This document shows positions 9,493-18,548 of a stretch of 36,637 nucleotides of DNA, piece after piece. Within the stretch, counting starts at the first letter, position 1; each line of letters opens with the position of its first letter. The notes beneath the pieces were generated by a model that was given only the letters and a program-made list of their open reading frames with translations, had not been told where the DNA came from and searched no databases. The DNA comes from an uncultured Muribaculaceae bacterium (GTDB lineage: Bacteria; Bacteroidota; Bacteroidia; Bacteroidales; UBA932), in NCBI GenBank assembly GCA_964581375.1, contig CAZOOH010000002.1, positions 1 to 36,637 on the forward strand. Direction: 5' to 3'. The position numbers and the translations under genes are program-made.

Positions 9493-9517
9493 CAACTATA
9501 TTAGAAAAGGTATTGAA

Positions 9518-11137
9518 ATGAAGAAGTTATTAAGTATTATAATCGGCCTGGCATTATTAATTAGTGCGACGAATGCCGGAGCTCAGTCCAAAGATTTTAA
9601 GGCGGCTAAAAGTCTTGAGATTCAGTTGTCGATTCTCAGAGAACTTTCTATGCTATATGTAGATTCTGTGCAGGTTGATAAACTTGTTAAAGTTGGTATC
9701 GACGCAATGATGGAATCTCTTGATCCGTATACTGTTTATATTCCTGAAGAGGACGATGAAAATCTGGAACTATTGACAACCGGTTCTTACGGTGGAATTG
9801 GAGCTTTAATTAAGAAGGTAGATAAGTCAATCATAATCTCCGAACAATATGAAAATTCGCCTGCTGCTATTAACGGATTGGTAGCCGGAGACACAATAAT
9901 TAAGGTAGACATGATTTCTACTGAGAACCTTAAAGTTGACGAAGTGAGTGCTAAAATGAAGGGAAAACCAGGAACCGATGTGAAATTTGTGGTTAATAAA
10001 CTTAAAGGTCCTCAGAATGTTGAGCTTACTATTACCCGTCAAAGGATTCATTTCTCGGACGTGGAGTATAGCGGAATGATTTCCGATACAACAGGATATA
10101 TAAGAATTTCGGGATTTACTTTAGGTGGGGCGAAAGATGTTCGTAAAGCACTTCTTGATCTCAAAGCATCAGCGTCTCTTAAAAGATTGATTATTGATTT
10201 AAGAGGCAACGGAGGAGGAATATTAGATGAAGCAGTGGAAATTGTTTCCCTTTTTGTACCTAAGTCTACTTTGGTAGTATATTCAAAGGGAAAAATTCCT
10301 CAAATGGATATGAAATATTATACAAAAGAGGAGCCTGTAGATACTTCAATTCCGCTCGTAGTCTTGGTAAACTCAGCATCTGCCTCGTCGTCCGAAATTG
10401 TTACAGGAGCATTGCAAGATTTAGACAGAGCAACAATTATTGGAACCCGAACTTTTGGAAAAGGACTTGTCCAGTCAATAAGAGATGTTGGTTACAACGA
10501 TAAAATTAAATTAACTACGGCAAAATATTATATTCCAAGCGGCAGATGTGTTCAGGCAATAGATTACAGTCACAGAAACCCTGACGGAAGCGTAGGTCAG
10601 ATTCCTGATTCTCTCATAAAAGCATTCAAAACTGTTAATAAAGGAAGAACTGTATATGACGGTGGCGGAATTAACCCCGATATTATAATATCCCCTGAAC
10701 AATATAGCAGAGTTGCAGTTTCATTGGTTTATAACGATATTATTCACACTTTTTCGGTAAATTACTTTAAAAAGAATGAAACTATAGCTTCCCCTCAAAA
10801 ATTCACTCTCACCGATGATGAATATGATCAATTTGTAAAATTTGCGGCTGACAAGGTTTTTGATCACCGAACAGCAACTGAGGTTGAATTTGATCAATTG
10901 TTGGCATTGTCAAAGAGAGAGGGTTTGTACGAGGGCATGAAAGAGGCTGTCGATAAACTCGAAAAGATGATTAAGCTTAGTAAAACCGAAGTTTTGCAAA
11001 AAAATAAAAATGAAATTAAGCCCCTTTTAGAAGAGGAGATATGTGCGAGATTTTATTTTCAAAAGGGTAGAATTGCGAGCATAATCAGAAATGATGAGGT
11101 TTTAAAACGTGCTGCTGCCGCAAAACTTGTAAATTAG
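9518..11137 (+). CDS. S41 family C-terminal processing peptidase
   Basis: Has a signal peptide (MKKLLSIIIGLALLISATNAGA), a PDZ-like region, and S41 motifs IIDLRGNGGG, NSASASSSEIV and RTFGKGLVQS. The track extension to 9413 overlaps rdgB and precedes the signal peptide, so I rejected it. Confidence 0.9.
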   Translation: MKKLLSIIIGLALLISATNAGAQSKDFKAAKSLEIQLSILRELSMLYVDSVQVDKLVKVGIDAMMESLDPYTVYIPEEDDENLELLTTGSYGGIGALIKKVDKSIIISEQYENSPAAINGLVAGDTIIKVDMISTENLKVDEVSAKMKGKPGTDVKFVVNKLKGPQNVELTITRQRIHFSDVEYSGMISDTTGYIRISGFTLGGAKDVRKALLDLKASASLKRLIIDLRGNGGGILDEAVEIVSLFVPKSTLVVYSKGKIPQMDMKYYTKEEPVDTSIPLVVLVNSASASSSEIVTGALQDLDRATIIGTRTFGKGLVQSIRDVGYNDKIKLTTAKYYIPSGRCVQAIDYSHRNPDGSVGQIPDSLIKAFKTVNKGRTVYDGGGINPDIIISPEQYSRVAVSLVYNDIIHTFSVNYFKKNETIASPQKFTLTDDEYDQFVKFAADKVFDHRTATEVEFDQLLALSKREGLYEGMKEAVDKLEKMIKLSKTEVLQKNKNEIKPLLEEEICARFYFQKGRIASIIRNDEVLKRAAAAKLVN

Positions 11138-11168
11138 AGATATTTAACATACAAAATGGAGGAGAGAG

Positions 11169-11843
11169 ATGGTGTTGTTGGATTTGTTATTTCCGCGAAC
11201 TTGTCCGGTTTGCGGAAGAGTTTTACTTAGAAAAGAGAAGTTTATCTGCCTTGAATGTTATTTAAACTTGCCTTTGACATACTTTTGGAAATGGAGTGAA
11301 AATCCCGCCGAAATGTTATTTTGGGGAAGACTTCAAAATGTCCAAGCTGCTTCTTTGTTTTATTACAGAGAGGGGAGTAAGTATAAAGAGATTGTTCACA
11401 GATTTAAATATAACGGGGAGAGAAGGATGGGTTGCTATTTTTCATCAATTCTTGGTCGTAACATGAAAATCAGTGGTAGATTTGACAATATTGATTATGT
11501 AGTTCCTGTTCCTTTGCACTGGGCAAAAAAATGGAAAAGAGGGTTTAATCAGGCAACTGTTATTGCAGATGCAATTGCCAAAGAGTTAAATGTGCCTGTC
11601 ATTGAGGGTGTGCTGTTGAGAAAAAATTACACAAAAACTCAAACAAAAAAAGGTCCCCAGGAGCGTTGGAAAAATGTTTTTGAGGCTTTTAGAGTAAGAA
11701 AAGGATATTTTTTTGAAGGGAAACATGTTTTATTGGTAGATGATGTACTTACAACCGGTGCTACAATTGAGGCTTGCGGGAAGCATCTCGAATTAATTGA
11801 AGGATGTAAAGTTAGTGTTGCAACACTTGGTTTCGTCGAATAA
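11169..11843 (+). CDS. ComF family protein (phosphoribosyltransferase domain)
   Basis: N-terminal double CxxC (CPVCGRVL...CLECY) and a PRTase loop (VLLVDDVLTTGATI). Confidence 0.88.
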   Translation: MVLLDLLFPRTCPVCGRVLLRKEKFICLECYLNLPLTYFWKWSENPAEMLFWGRLQNVQAASLFYYREGSKYKEIVHRFKYNGERRMGCYFSSILGRNMKISGRFDNIDYVVPVPLHWAKKWKRGFNQATVIADAIAKELNVPVIEGVLLRKNYTKTQTKKGPQERWKNVFEAFRVRKGYFFEGKHVLLVDDVLTTGATIEACGKHLELIEGCKVSVATLGFVE

Positions 11844-11861
11844 TTACTAAGTTTGTATATT

Positions 11862-12644
11862 ATGTTTGATTTAATAAAAATAGATCTTATTGACATTATA
11901 GATATTGTCCTGGTAGGTGTCTTAATTTACCAGGCATATAAGCTTATTCGCGGTACTGCAGCTCTGAATATATTTACCGGAATAATTGTTTTTTATTTTA
12001 TTTGGCTCATTGTTAAGGCTTTGCACATGGACTTGCTGAGTGCAATATTAGGGCAAGTTATCGGAGTAGGAGTATTAGCTCTTATAATTCTTTTCCAACA
12101 AGAGATTAGAAGATTTTTATTAAGGCTCGGAACAAGGTACATGGATTCAAGCAGAAATTTTCGAATATTGGGGGCACTTTTTAACAAAAGAGAGAAGGGA
12201 CTCTCCCTTGAATCGCTTGGGGAGCTTACTCACGCTTGTCGTAAAATGGCCGAAACAAAGACAGGTGCTCTTATTGTCCTTGCCCGCAGCTCTTCTCTGG
12301 AATTTGTAGTAGATACGGGTGACAGAATAGATGGAATTATCAATCGTCGACTTATTGAGAATATATTCTTTAAAAATGCCCCGCTTCATGATGGAGCAAT
12401 GATAATTTCCGATGACAAAGTTATAGCTGCACGTTGTACTCTGCCAATTTCGGAGAACCCGAACATACCAGCCGGTTACGGAATGAGACACAGAGCGGCT
12501 GCAGGAGTAACTGAACAGACAGATGCCGTTGTTGTTGTCGTATCGGAAGAGACCGGCAATATTTCATTTATTCAAAATGGCGAGATTCGTCCGATTAACA
12601 GTATATCGGAGCTTAGACTGGCCATAGAAAACTCATATAAATAA
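11862..12644 (+). CDS. cdaA: diadenylate cyclase CdaA (c-di-AMP synthase)
   Basis: Three N-terminal TM helices followed by DAC-domain motifs HDGAMIIS, GMRHRAAAGVTE and VVVSEETG. I chose the ATG at 11862, since the track start at 11853 is TTG. A TAAGTTTG box lies at 11848-11855. Confidence 0.9.
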   Translation: MFDLIKIDLIDIIDIVLVGVLIYQAYKLIRGTAALNIFTGIIVFYFIWLIVKALHMDLLSAILGQVIGVGVLALIILFQQEIRRFLLRLGTRYMDSSRNFRILGALFNKREKGLSLESLGELTHACRKMAETKTGALIVLARSSSLEFVVDTGDRIDGIINRRLIENIFFKNAPLHDGAMIISDDKVIAARCTLPISENPNIPAGYGMRHRAAAGVTEQTDAVVVVVSEETGNISFIQNGEIRPINSISELRLAIENSYK

Positions 12645-12659
12645 GAGTAAAATCGCAAA

Positions 12660-15158
12660 ATGTTTTCCAATACTATACAAAAACTTGAACAAAAGACAGG
12701 TTTTGACAAAATAAGGCAGATGGTAGAGAGTCGTTGCTCTACAGAATATGCAAAACGCAAATCTGTTGAATTCGGATTCAATACCGATTTTGATACAATT
12801 GACAATCTGCTTACACTTACCGACGAAATGAGAGTGATACTTATGCTTGAGCCCTCATTCCCTGATTCCGGATATATCGATACGCAATCATTTCTTAAAC
12901 AACTTGAAATTCCATCTACATGGATTGATTTAGCATCAATCGGCAAATTGAGAACCTCTCTGGACACTATCAGGCAATTGATAAATTTTTTCGACGAAAA
13001 GCGGTCATCGGCTTATCCCAGACTTAAAAAGATGGCGGAACCGATTACTTTATTTCCAGAGGTGTCAAGGCGGATAGACTCAATCATAGACAAATTCGGC
13101 GAAGTGAGGGATAATGCAAGTCCAGCGCTACAAAACATAAGAAGAGAACTTAAAGATAAAGAGGGACAAATTTCCAGACGTATTAATTCAATATTAAAGA
13201 GGGTTCAGGCAGAGGGATTGGCAGATGAGGACTCTTCTGTTGTAATTAGGGAGGGGAAAATGCTGATACCCGTAAATGCTTCTAATAAGAGGAAGATTCC
13301 TGGATACGTTTATGATGAATCGGCTTCGGGTAAAACGGTGTATATAGAACCGATGGAGATTGTCGAATTAGACAACGATGTTAAAGAGTTGCACTTTGCA
13401 GAACAACGCGAAATAATAAAAATATTACAGGAGTTTTCGGAGTTTTTAAGGCCATATTTACCTGAACTCATATTTGCTTCGGAATACTTATGTGAGATGG
13501 ATTTCATTAGGGCTAAAGCCTATGTGGCTGTTGCAATGACTGCCGGAAAACCAATCATTTCAAAAGAAAAGGAGTTAAACTATATCCGGGCAAGACACCC
13601 GTTGTTGGAATCTGCTCTAAAGAAAGAAGGAAAAGAGATTGTTCCGCTTAACCTTGCTTTAAACAGAGATAAACGAATTTTGCTTATTTCGGGTCCGAAT
13701 GCGGGAGGTAAATCTGTTTGTCTTAAAACTACAGGACTTCTTCAGTATATGTTCCAGTGTGGAATGCTTATTCCTGCATCCGAAACTTCTGAACTTCCTG
13801 TTTTTGAGTCAATTTTTATCGATATTGGAGACGAACAATCAATCGAAAACGATTTGAGTACATATAGCTCGCATCTCTTTAACATGAGAAATATTTTGGA
13901 AGGTGCGAACAGTAAAAGTCTGATTCTGATTGATGAATTTGGTGCCGGAACAGAACCTACTGCAGGCGGAGCAATAGCTGAGGCTATTTTATCGGAAATT
14001 GAAGAGATGGGAGCATTTGGTGTTATTACTACTCACTACAGTAATCTGAAATTTTTTGCCAGCAGCAGCAGGGGTGTAATTAACGGAGGAATGCAGTTTG
14101 ATGTTCAAAACATTAAACCTCTTTTTAAATTGGAAATAGGCACTCCGGGTAGCTCATTTGCATTTGAACTGGCAAGAAAAATTGGCCTTCCGGAAAGTGT
14201 TGTGAAAAAAGCAGAAGAGCGTGCGGGGTCGGAGTTTGTAGATCTAGAGCGACATCTTAAAAAAATTGCAAAAAATCGTCGTCAATGGGAAGAGAAGGTC
14301 GCAAAAATTAAGAGTACCGATAAATTCCTCGAAAACATTACTGACAGATACCAAAAAGAGCTTTCCGAAATCCAAACAATGAGGAAAAGTATTATTTCTC
14401 AAGCTAAAGATGAGGCAAAACAATTAATTGATGAGGCAAATAAAAAAATTGAGGCTACAATAAAGGAGATTAAGGAGAGTCAAGCCGAAAAAGAGAAAAC
14501 CAAGATAATTAGAACAGAACTTGATAATTTTAATAAAGAGATTCATACCAAAGATTCGGGCGAAATAGAGGAGAAGATTGCGAATAAGATGGAGCAGCTC
14601 AAAAGGCGGCAAGAGAACAGAGAGAAAAAAGCGATAGAGAGGGGGCAAAAACCATCTGCCAAAAAGCAAGAGACACTGATAGATCATAATTTGCCTATCA
14701 AAGCCGGTGATAAAGTTAAGATTAAGGGAAGCGACTTACTTGGTGAAGTGACTAAGGTCGACAAAAAAGATGTAAGTGTGGCTGTGGGAAACATTATTAG
14801 TATCATATCAAAAGATAAAGTAGAGAGAATTTCGGGAAATCAGTACACTAATTCCGTTAGACAAAACCGTAAACCAAGTTATGACTCATTTGGAATTTCG
14901 GAACGAAGACTTAATTTTAAACCCTCAATCGATATTCGTGGTGAACGATTGGATGAGGCGATGGAAATAGTAAGTCGTTTTATTGATGACGCCCTAATGG
15001 TAGGAATGAGTGAAGTAAAAATTCTGCATGGCAAGGGTAGCGGAGTTTTGAAAGAGGAGATAAGAAAATACTTGAAAACTATTGGAGGGGTTGAGTCTTT
15101 TAGGGACGAACACCTTGAAATGGGAGGCTCCGGAATCACTGTTGTAAAACTTAATTGA
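12660..15158 (+). CDS. mutS2: endonuclease MutS2
   Basis: Has Walker A GPNAGGKS, LIDEFGAGTEP and THY motifs, a K/E-rich coiled coil, and a C-terminal Smr domain (IDIRGERLDEAMEIV, ILHGKGSGVLKEE). Confidence 0.93.
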   Translation: MFSNTIQKLEQKTGFDKIRQMVESRCSTEYAKRKSVEFGFNTDFDTIDNLLTLTDEMRVILMLEPSFPDSGYIDTQSFLKQLEIPSTWIDLASIGKLRTSLDTIRQLINFFDEKRSSAYPRLKKMAEPITLFPEVSRRIDSIIDKFGEVRDNASPALQNIRRELKDKEGQISRRINSILKRVQAEGLADEDSSVVIREGKMLIPVNASNKRKIPGYVYDESASGKTVYIEPMEIVELDNDVKELHFAEQREIIKILQEFSEFLRPYLPELIFASEYLCEMDFIRAKAYVAVAMTAGKPIISKEKELNYIRARHPLLESALKKEGKEIVPLNLALNRDKRILLISGPNAGGKSVCLKTTGLLQYMFQCGMLIPASETSELPVFESIFIDIGDEQSIENDLSTYSSHLFNMRNILEGANSKSLILIDEFGAGTEPTAGGAIAEAILSEIEEMGAFGVITTHYSNLKFFASSSRGVINGGMQFDVQNIKPLFKLEIGTPGSSFAFELARKIGLPESVVKKAEERAGSEFVDLERHLKKIAKNRRQWEEKVAKIKSTDKFLENITDRYQKELSEIQTMRKSIISQAKDEAKQLIDEANKKIEATIKEIKESQAEKEKTKIIRTELDNFNKEIHTKDSGEIEEKIANKMEQLKRRQENREKKAIERGQKPSAKKQETLIDHNLPIKAGDKVKIKGSDLLGEVTKVDKKDVSVAVGNIISIISKDKVERISGNQYTNSVRQNRKPSYDSFGISERRLNFKPSIDIRGERLDEAMEIVSRFIDDALMVGMSEVKILHGKGSGVLKEEIRKYLKTIGGVESFRDEHLEMGGSGITVVKLN

Positions 15159-15179
15159 AATTTTATTAAACCAATATAA

Positions 15180-15584
15180 ATGAAACGAAAAATAACAACA
15201 ATCTCCTTTATACTTTTAATGCTTATAACAGCATCCTGTAATAAAAACGAGACGGCAATCAGGGAAACCGCCGAAGGCTTTTTAAATGCATACTTGAAGG
15301 CAGATTTTGACAGCGCAGCAACTTTTTGCACACAAGAGCTTATAAATGAAAAAATTGATTCTTTGAAAATTCCGATACAAGAGTTAGATTCAGTGTCTAA
15401 GGAGATTCTTTTTAAGAAATTAGATTCAATTAAAAGCGAAGTAGTTTCTATTGAAAAGTTACATAAAAAAGACAGTATTAAAGTAACATATAAAGTAATT
15501 CAGGGGAATCAACTCAAAGATTTGACGAATACAATGATAGTCGTTAAGTCGGGAGAGTTCTGGAAAATAGATAAACTGGAATAA
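15180..15584 (+). CDS. hypothetical lipoprotein (small NTF2/DUF4878-like)
   Basis: Lipobox-type signal peptide (LLMLITASC). The family call is weak, resting only on AEGFLNAYLKADFDSA ... GEFWKI. The stop overlaps the next ATG by 1 nt (TAATG). Confidence 0.55.
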   Translation: MKRKITTISFILLMLITASCNKNETAIRETAEGFLNAYLKADFDSAATFCTQELINEKIDSLKIPIQELDSVSKEILFKKLDSIKSEVVSIEKLHKKDSIKVTYKVIQGNQLKDLTNTMIVVKSGEFWKIDKLE

Positions 15585-15985
15585 TGTTAGAACAACTTAT
15601 AAAATTTGGAGTTGTAGGAGGCTCCGGAGTATTTGTGGACTTTGGACTTACCTGGCTTTTTAAAGAAAAAGTCAAGATAAACAGATATTTATCAAATACA
15701 ATAGGTTTTTTGTCGGCTGCCACAACAAATTATTTTCTTAACAGGTGGTGGACATTCCATAGTACTAACCCACAAATCGAAAGAGAGTATTCGACTTTTT
15801 TATTAATTGCGATTGCCGGTTTGGCAATAAATACTACAATCTTACATCTGTTTTCCGAAAAAATTGAATTACCTTTTTTGCCTAAAAATAAAAAATATCG
15901 TTTTTACATTGCTAAACTTATTGCAACCGCAGTTGTTACACTTTGGAATTTCTTTCTCAACTATTACATAACCTTTGCAAAATAA
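15584..15985 (+). CDS. GtrA family membrane protein
   Basis: A 133 aa protein with 4 TM helices and the motifs IKFGVVGGSGVFVDFG and LNRWWTFHS. Confidence 0.85.
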   Translation: MLEQLIKFGVVGGSGVFVDFGLTWLFKEKVKINRYLSNTIGFLSAATTNYFLNRWWTFHSTNPQIEREYSTFLLIAIAGLAINTTILHLFSEKIELPFLPKNKKYRFYIAKLIATAVVTLWNFFLNYYITFAK

Positions 15986-16796
15986 TACAACATTGAAACT
16001 ATACGACTCACATACCCACTCTCAGTTTTCGCCCGACAGCAGAATGACAATGGATAGCGCTATTAAAGCATCAATTCGAAAAGGACTGGGAGGGATTGTT
16101 TTTACAGACCACTACGATGTTGATCCACCTCCTTCAATTATAGCGTTTGATTTCAACCCCGAAGCACAACAACTTGCTATAGATAATATACGAGAACGCT
16201 ATTGTGATTTTGACATTTTAAAAGGTATTGAAGTAGGAGTTCAAAAAAAATCTTTAAAAAAAATTGAATCATTTGTCAGCAGATTCAAGTTTGATACAAT
16301 AATTGCGTCGGTCCATTTTGTAAATGAACTAGACCCATATTTTGGCGACTACTATAAAAAATATGAATGGCATGATGCATATAGAAACTACCTTTTAAAT
16401 ATTTTGGAGTGTATAACCGAATACGACAACTTCGATGTTGTTGGTCACTTTGATTATATCGTCAGGTATTCGCCTTATAAGCAAAAAATGATGCGATATA
16501 TTGATTTTGCAGATGAATTTGAATCAATCTTCAAGATTTTAAAAGAGAGGGGTAAAGCTCTTGAAATAAATACAAATACTTATAGGGCCAAATATGGAGA
16601 AGCTCCAAAGCTAGATTCGGAAATTATTAAAAAATACCGTGAATCGGGCGGAGAGCTCATAACACTTTGCTCAGATGCACACGATGATTTCCGAATTGCC
16701 GAGAATTTCGAAAAATATATTGAAATGATAAAAGAAGCAGGTTTTAAGTATATTACCCATTTTAAAGGAAGGAAACCTATCCTTACAAAAATTTAA
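15975..16796 (+). CDS. PHP-family phosphoesterase, HisJ-like histidinol-phosphatase candidate
   Basis: PHP metal-ligand pattern in order: DSHTHSQFSPD, FTDHYD, GIEVG, ASVHF, VGHFDYI, LEINT, CSDAHD. The length of about 270 aa fits the HisJ/HisK family. There is no in-frame ATG before the HxH motif, so the start must be TTG (15975 or 15993). The 15975 start overlaps gtrA by 11 nt. Confidence 0.65.
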   Translation: MQNNTTLKLYDSHTHSQFSPDSRMTMDSAIKASIRKGLGGIVFTDHYDVDPPPSIIAFDFNPEAQQLAIDNIRERYCDFDILKGIEVGVQKKSLKKIESFVSRFKFDTIIASVHFVNELDPYFGDYYKKYEWHDAYRNYLLNILECITEYDNFDVVGHFDYIVRYSPYKQKMMRYIDFADEFESIFKILKERGKALEINTNTYRAKYGEAPKLDSEIIKKYRESGGELITLCSDAHDDFRIAENFEKYIEMIKEAGFKYITHFKGRKPILTKI

Positions 16797-16800
16797 AAAA

Positions 16801-16881
16801 TTGTCTCTCCCCACAATGGAATCTTAAAATTATAACCCTTTACACAGTGAAAAAATTCCTATTTTTGTGAGAGAGAGACAA
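16801..16881. repeat. long imperfect inverted repeat between convergent genes
   Basis: TTGTCTCTC (16801-16809) pairs with GAGAGACAA (16873-16881). A second inner helix, CACAA/TTGTG, forms after a small internal loop. The central loop is about 45 nt. The repeat abuts the TPR gene stop codon. Confidence 0.4.
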
Positions 16882-18177
16882 CTATTTTGAATTCATAAAT
16901 AACTCCTCTTTAATTTTTTCCAAATAAAGCTCAGCATCTTTTTTCATCTTCTGATCTTCGTTACTAAATTTTCCTTGTTTTTGACTTAAACAATTCAAGT
17001 ATTTTTCAAGAAGATCCTTTGCAATACTAAGGTTATTATTTCCTTGTTGCAATCCCTTCATCATTGCCATTTGGTAAAGCAGATTTACCTCCCCGGGTTT
17101 GTTTTCGTATGCTTGAGAAAATGCAAGAAATGCATTCTCATATTTTTTAAGACCATTATATACCAGCCCCAATTGATTTGTTATAATATAAACAACTTCA
17201 GGATCGGGTCGGGTTATTTCATAGCCCTTTTGAAGACATTCCAGCGCTTCGTCGTAACGACCGGTCTGATATAATGCCGATCCTAAATAAAAAAGAGTTT
17301 GGCCGTTTAATTCATCATGTTCCATACTCTTTTGGAACCAAGGTATACATATCTCATAATTACCAAGAAAAAACAAACAAGCACCAATTAACCTCTGGTT
17401 AGAACTGGAAGAATCACCTTGATTTACCAGGTATATCAATTCGGGTAATGCTCCTTTATAATCTTTAATTTTATAACAACAGTTTGCATACTGCTTACGC
17501 AACTGTAATGATGTGGAATCAAGAAATAATCCTCTTGAAGCATATATTCTTGCAGTAGGATAATCTTCAAAATCATAAAGAATACGGCTTATCATAAGCT
17601 TTGTATATATACTCTTCCCGTTGATTCTATCTGCTTTTTTATAAAAATAGATGGAACTGTCGTTATTGTTAATCATCCTGTAACAATCACCTAATGTTTT
17701 GCTGGTATTATAGTTTGAAGAGTCATTGTTATAGATTTTACGGCATAATGTAATAGCGTTTCGAAGATTATAGTTTGATTGATATGCCAAAACTAACTTA
17801 AAAGCAATCCTGTAATTTAAAGAATCAAGAGAGAGCAGTGTCTCTAATCCGGAAATTGATTTTTGAGGTTCTCCTAAAATTGAATTGATGTCGGATATCG
17901 ATTCCAATGCCTTTACATCTTTGTCGGAGTATTTCAATACTATTTGATATGTCAAAAGTGCATTCTTATAGTCGTATTGAAATTTATAAGCGTCTCCCAG
18001 CAGTAAAAGTGTTTCAATATCTTTGAAGGTTGTATCTTTTGCGATAGGAAGAAGGGATTCTATGACGCCTTTTGAGTCTCCCTGTTGTAATTTGAGATAA
18101 AGTGGAAACAGATTATTCTGGCAAAAAAGAGTATTTAGTTGAACAAACAGTGCCAATATAAAAACAAGACGTTTCAT
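16882..18177 (-). CDS. tetratricopeptide (TPR) repeat protein, secreted
   Basis: Signal peptide MKRLVFILALFVQLNTLFC, followed by many TPR-like A/Y/L-patterned 34-residue units. I chose the ATG at 18177 because the track start at 18216 precedes the signal peptide. A TATTTTTG -7 box lies on the minus strand at 18252-18259. Confidence 0.75.
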   Translation of the reverse strand: MKRLVFILALFVQLNTLFCQNNLFPLYLKLQQGDSKGVIESLLPIAKDTTFKDIETLLLLGDAYKFQYDYKNALLTYQIVLKYSDKDVKALESISDINSILGEPQKSISGLETLLSLDSLNYRIAFKLVLAYQSNYNLRNAITLCRKIYNNDSSNYNTSKTLGDCYRMINNNDSSIYFYKKADRINGKSIYTKLMISRILYDFEDYPTARIYASRGLFLDSTSLQLRKQYANCCYKIKDYKGALPELIYLVNQGDSSSSNQRLIGACLFFLGNYEICIPWFQKSMEHDELNGQTLFYLGSALYQTGRYDEALECLQKGYEITRPDPEVVYIITNQLGLVYNGLKKYENAFLAFSQAYENKPGEVNLLYQMAMMKGLQQGNNNLSIAKDLLEKYLNCLSQKQGKFSNEDQKMKKDAELYLEKIKEELFMNSK

Positions 18178-18291
18178 AGTGCCGGATTTAAGTTTAACTA
18201 ATTGAAACGCATGCAATTATTATACCATACGAGATAGAATCAAAATTTTATCAAAAATATTAGATTGGATTTTCTTAGATTAATTGCCACA

Positions 18292-18357
18292 CTCGCTCAT
18301 TATACGATTTAAAAATCTAACCCTTAACACAGTTTTTGAAACTAAATAATGAGCGAG
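18292..18357. repeat. 66-nt inverted-repeat element / candidate structured RNA
   Basis: A perfect 12-bp stem, CTCGCTCATTAT (18292-18303) with ATAATGAGCGAG (18346-18357), encloses two small hairpins (GATTTaaAAATC and AGTTTttgAAACT). Confidence 0.35.
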
Positions 18358-18463
18358 AATGACAAAAAAGTAATTTAATATCAAGTCATGTAAAAATATA
18401 CATAAATTTTCATTAATTCCAAAGAAATCTTCATGTAGCGCTTGTGCCCGACTTATTTGACTT

Positions 18464-18505
18464 AAAAACAGATTTTTACAAAACGCATGTTGCGCCTCTG
18501 TTTTT
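18464..18505 (-). terminator. possible terminator hairpin downstream of the 132-aa gene
   Basis: AAAAACAGA (18464-18472) pairs with TCTGTTTTT (18497-18505) around a 24-nt loop, with A/T runs on both sides. The stem is AT-rich, so the call is weak. Confidence 0.25.
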
Positions 18506-18548
18506 TTAAAAAAACAATTTGGTTGGTTATTTTAAGGAGAAAAAGCTG

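Noticed and set aside
9413-9517. A 35-codon N-terminal extension of the S41 peptidase ORF.
   Set aside because: It overlaps the 5' end of the divergent rdgB gene and the TACTTTTG promoter box. It also precedes an obvious signal peptide that begins at the ATG at 9518.
14250-14690. A K/E/Q-rich, purine-rich low-complexity stretch that could be mistaken for a tandem repeat.
   Set aside because: It corresponds to the coiled-coil linker that MutS2 proteins carry between the ATPase and the KOW/Smr domains. I could find no exact nucleotide periodicity.
14879-15331. A 150-aa antisense ORF across the mutS2 Smr domain and the lipoprotein gene. Similar antisense ORFs lie at 12572-12967, 12147-12491, 20406-20750 and 33929-34336.
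   Set aside because: Each lies opposite a strongly supported gene with clear family motifs. Their translations are low-complexity (S/I/L/F-rich), as expected for the reverse complement of K/E-rich coding sequence. None has a promoter-like box or a recognisable domain.
18217-18548. A possible tRNA or other known small RNA gene in the long spacer.
   Set aside because: I saw no cloverleaf, no GTTCGAATC-type T-arm and no CCA-adjacent acceptor pairing. I cannot match it to any RNA family by eye, so I kept it only as an unexplained structured repeat (see findings).
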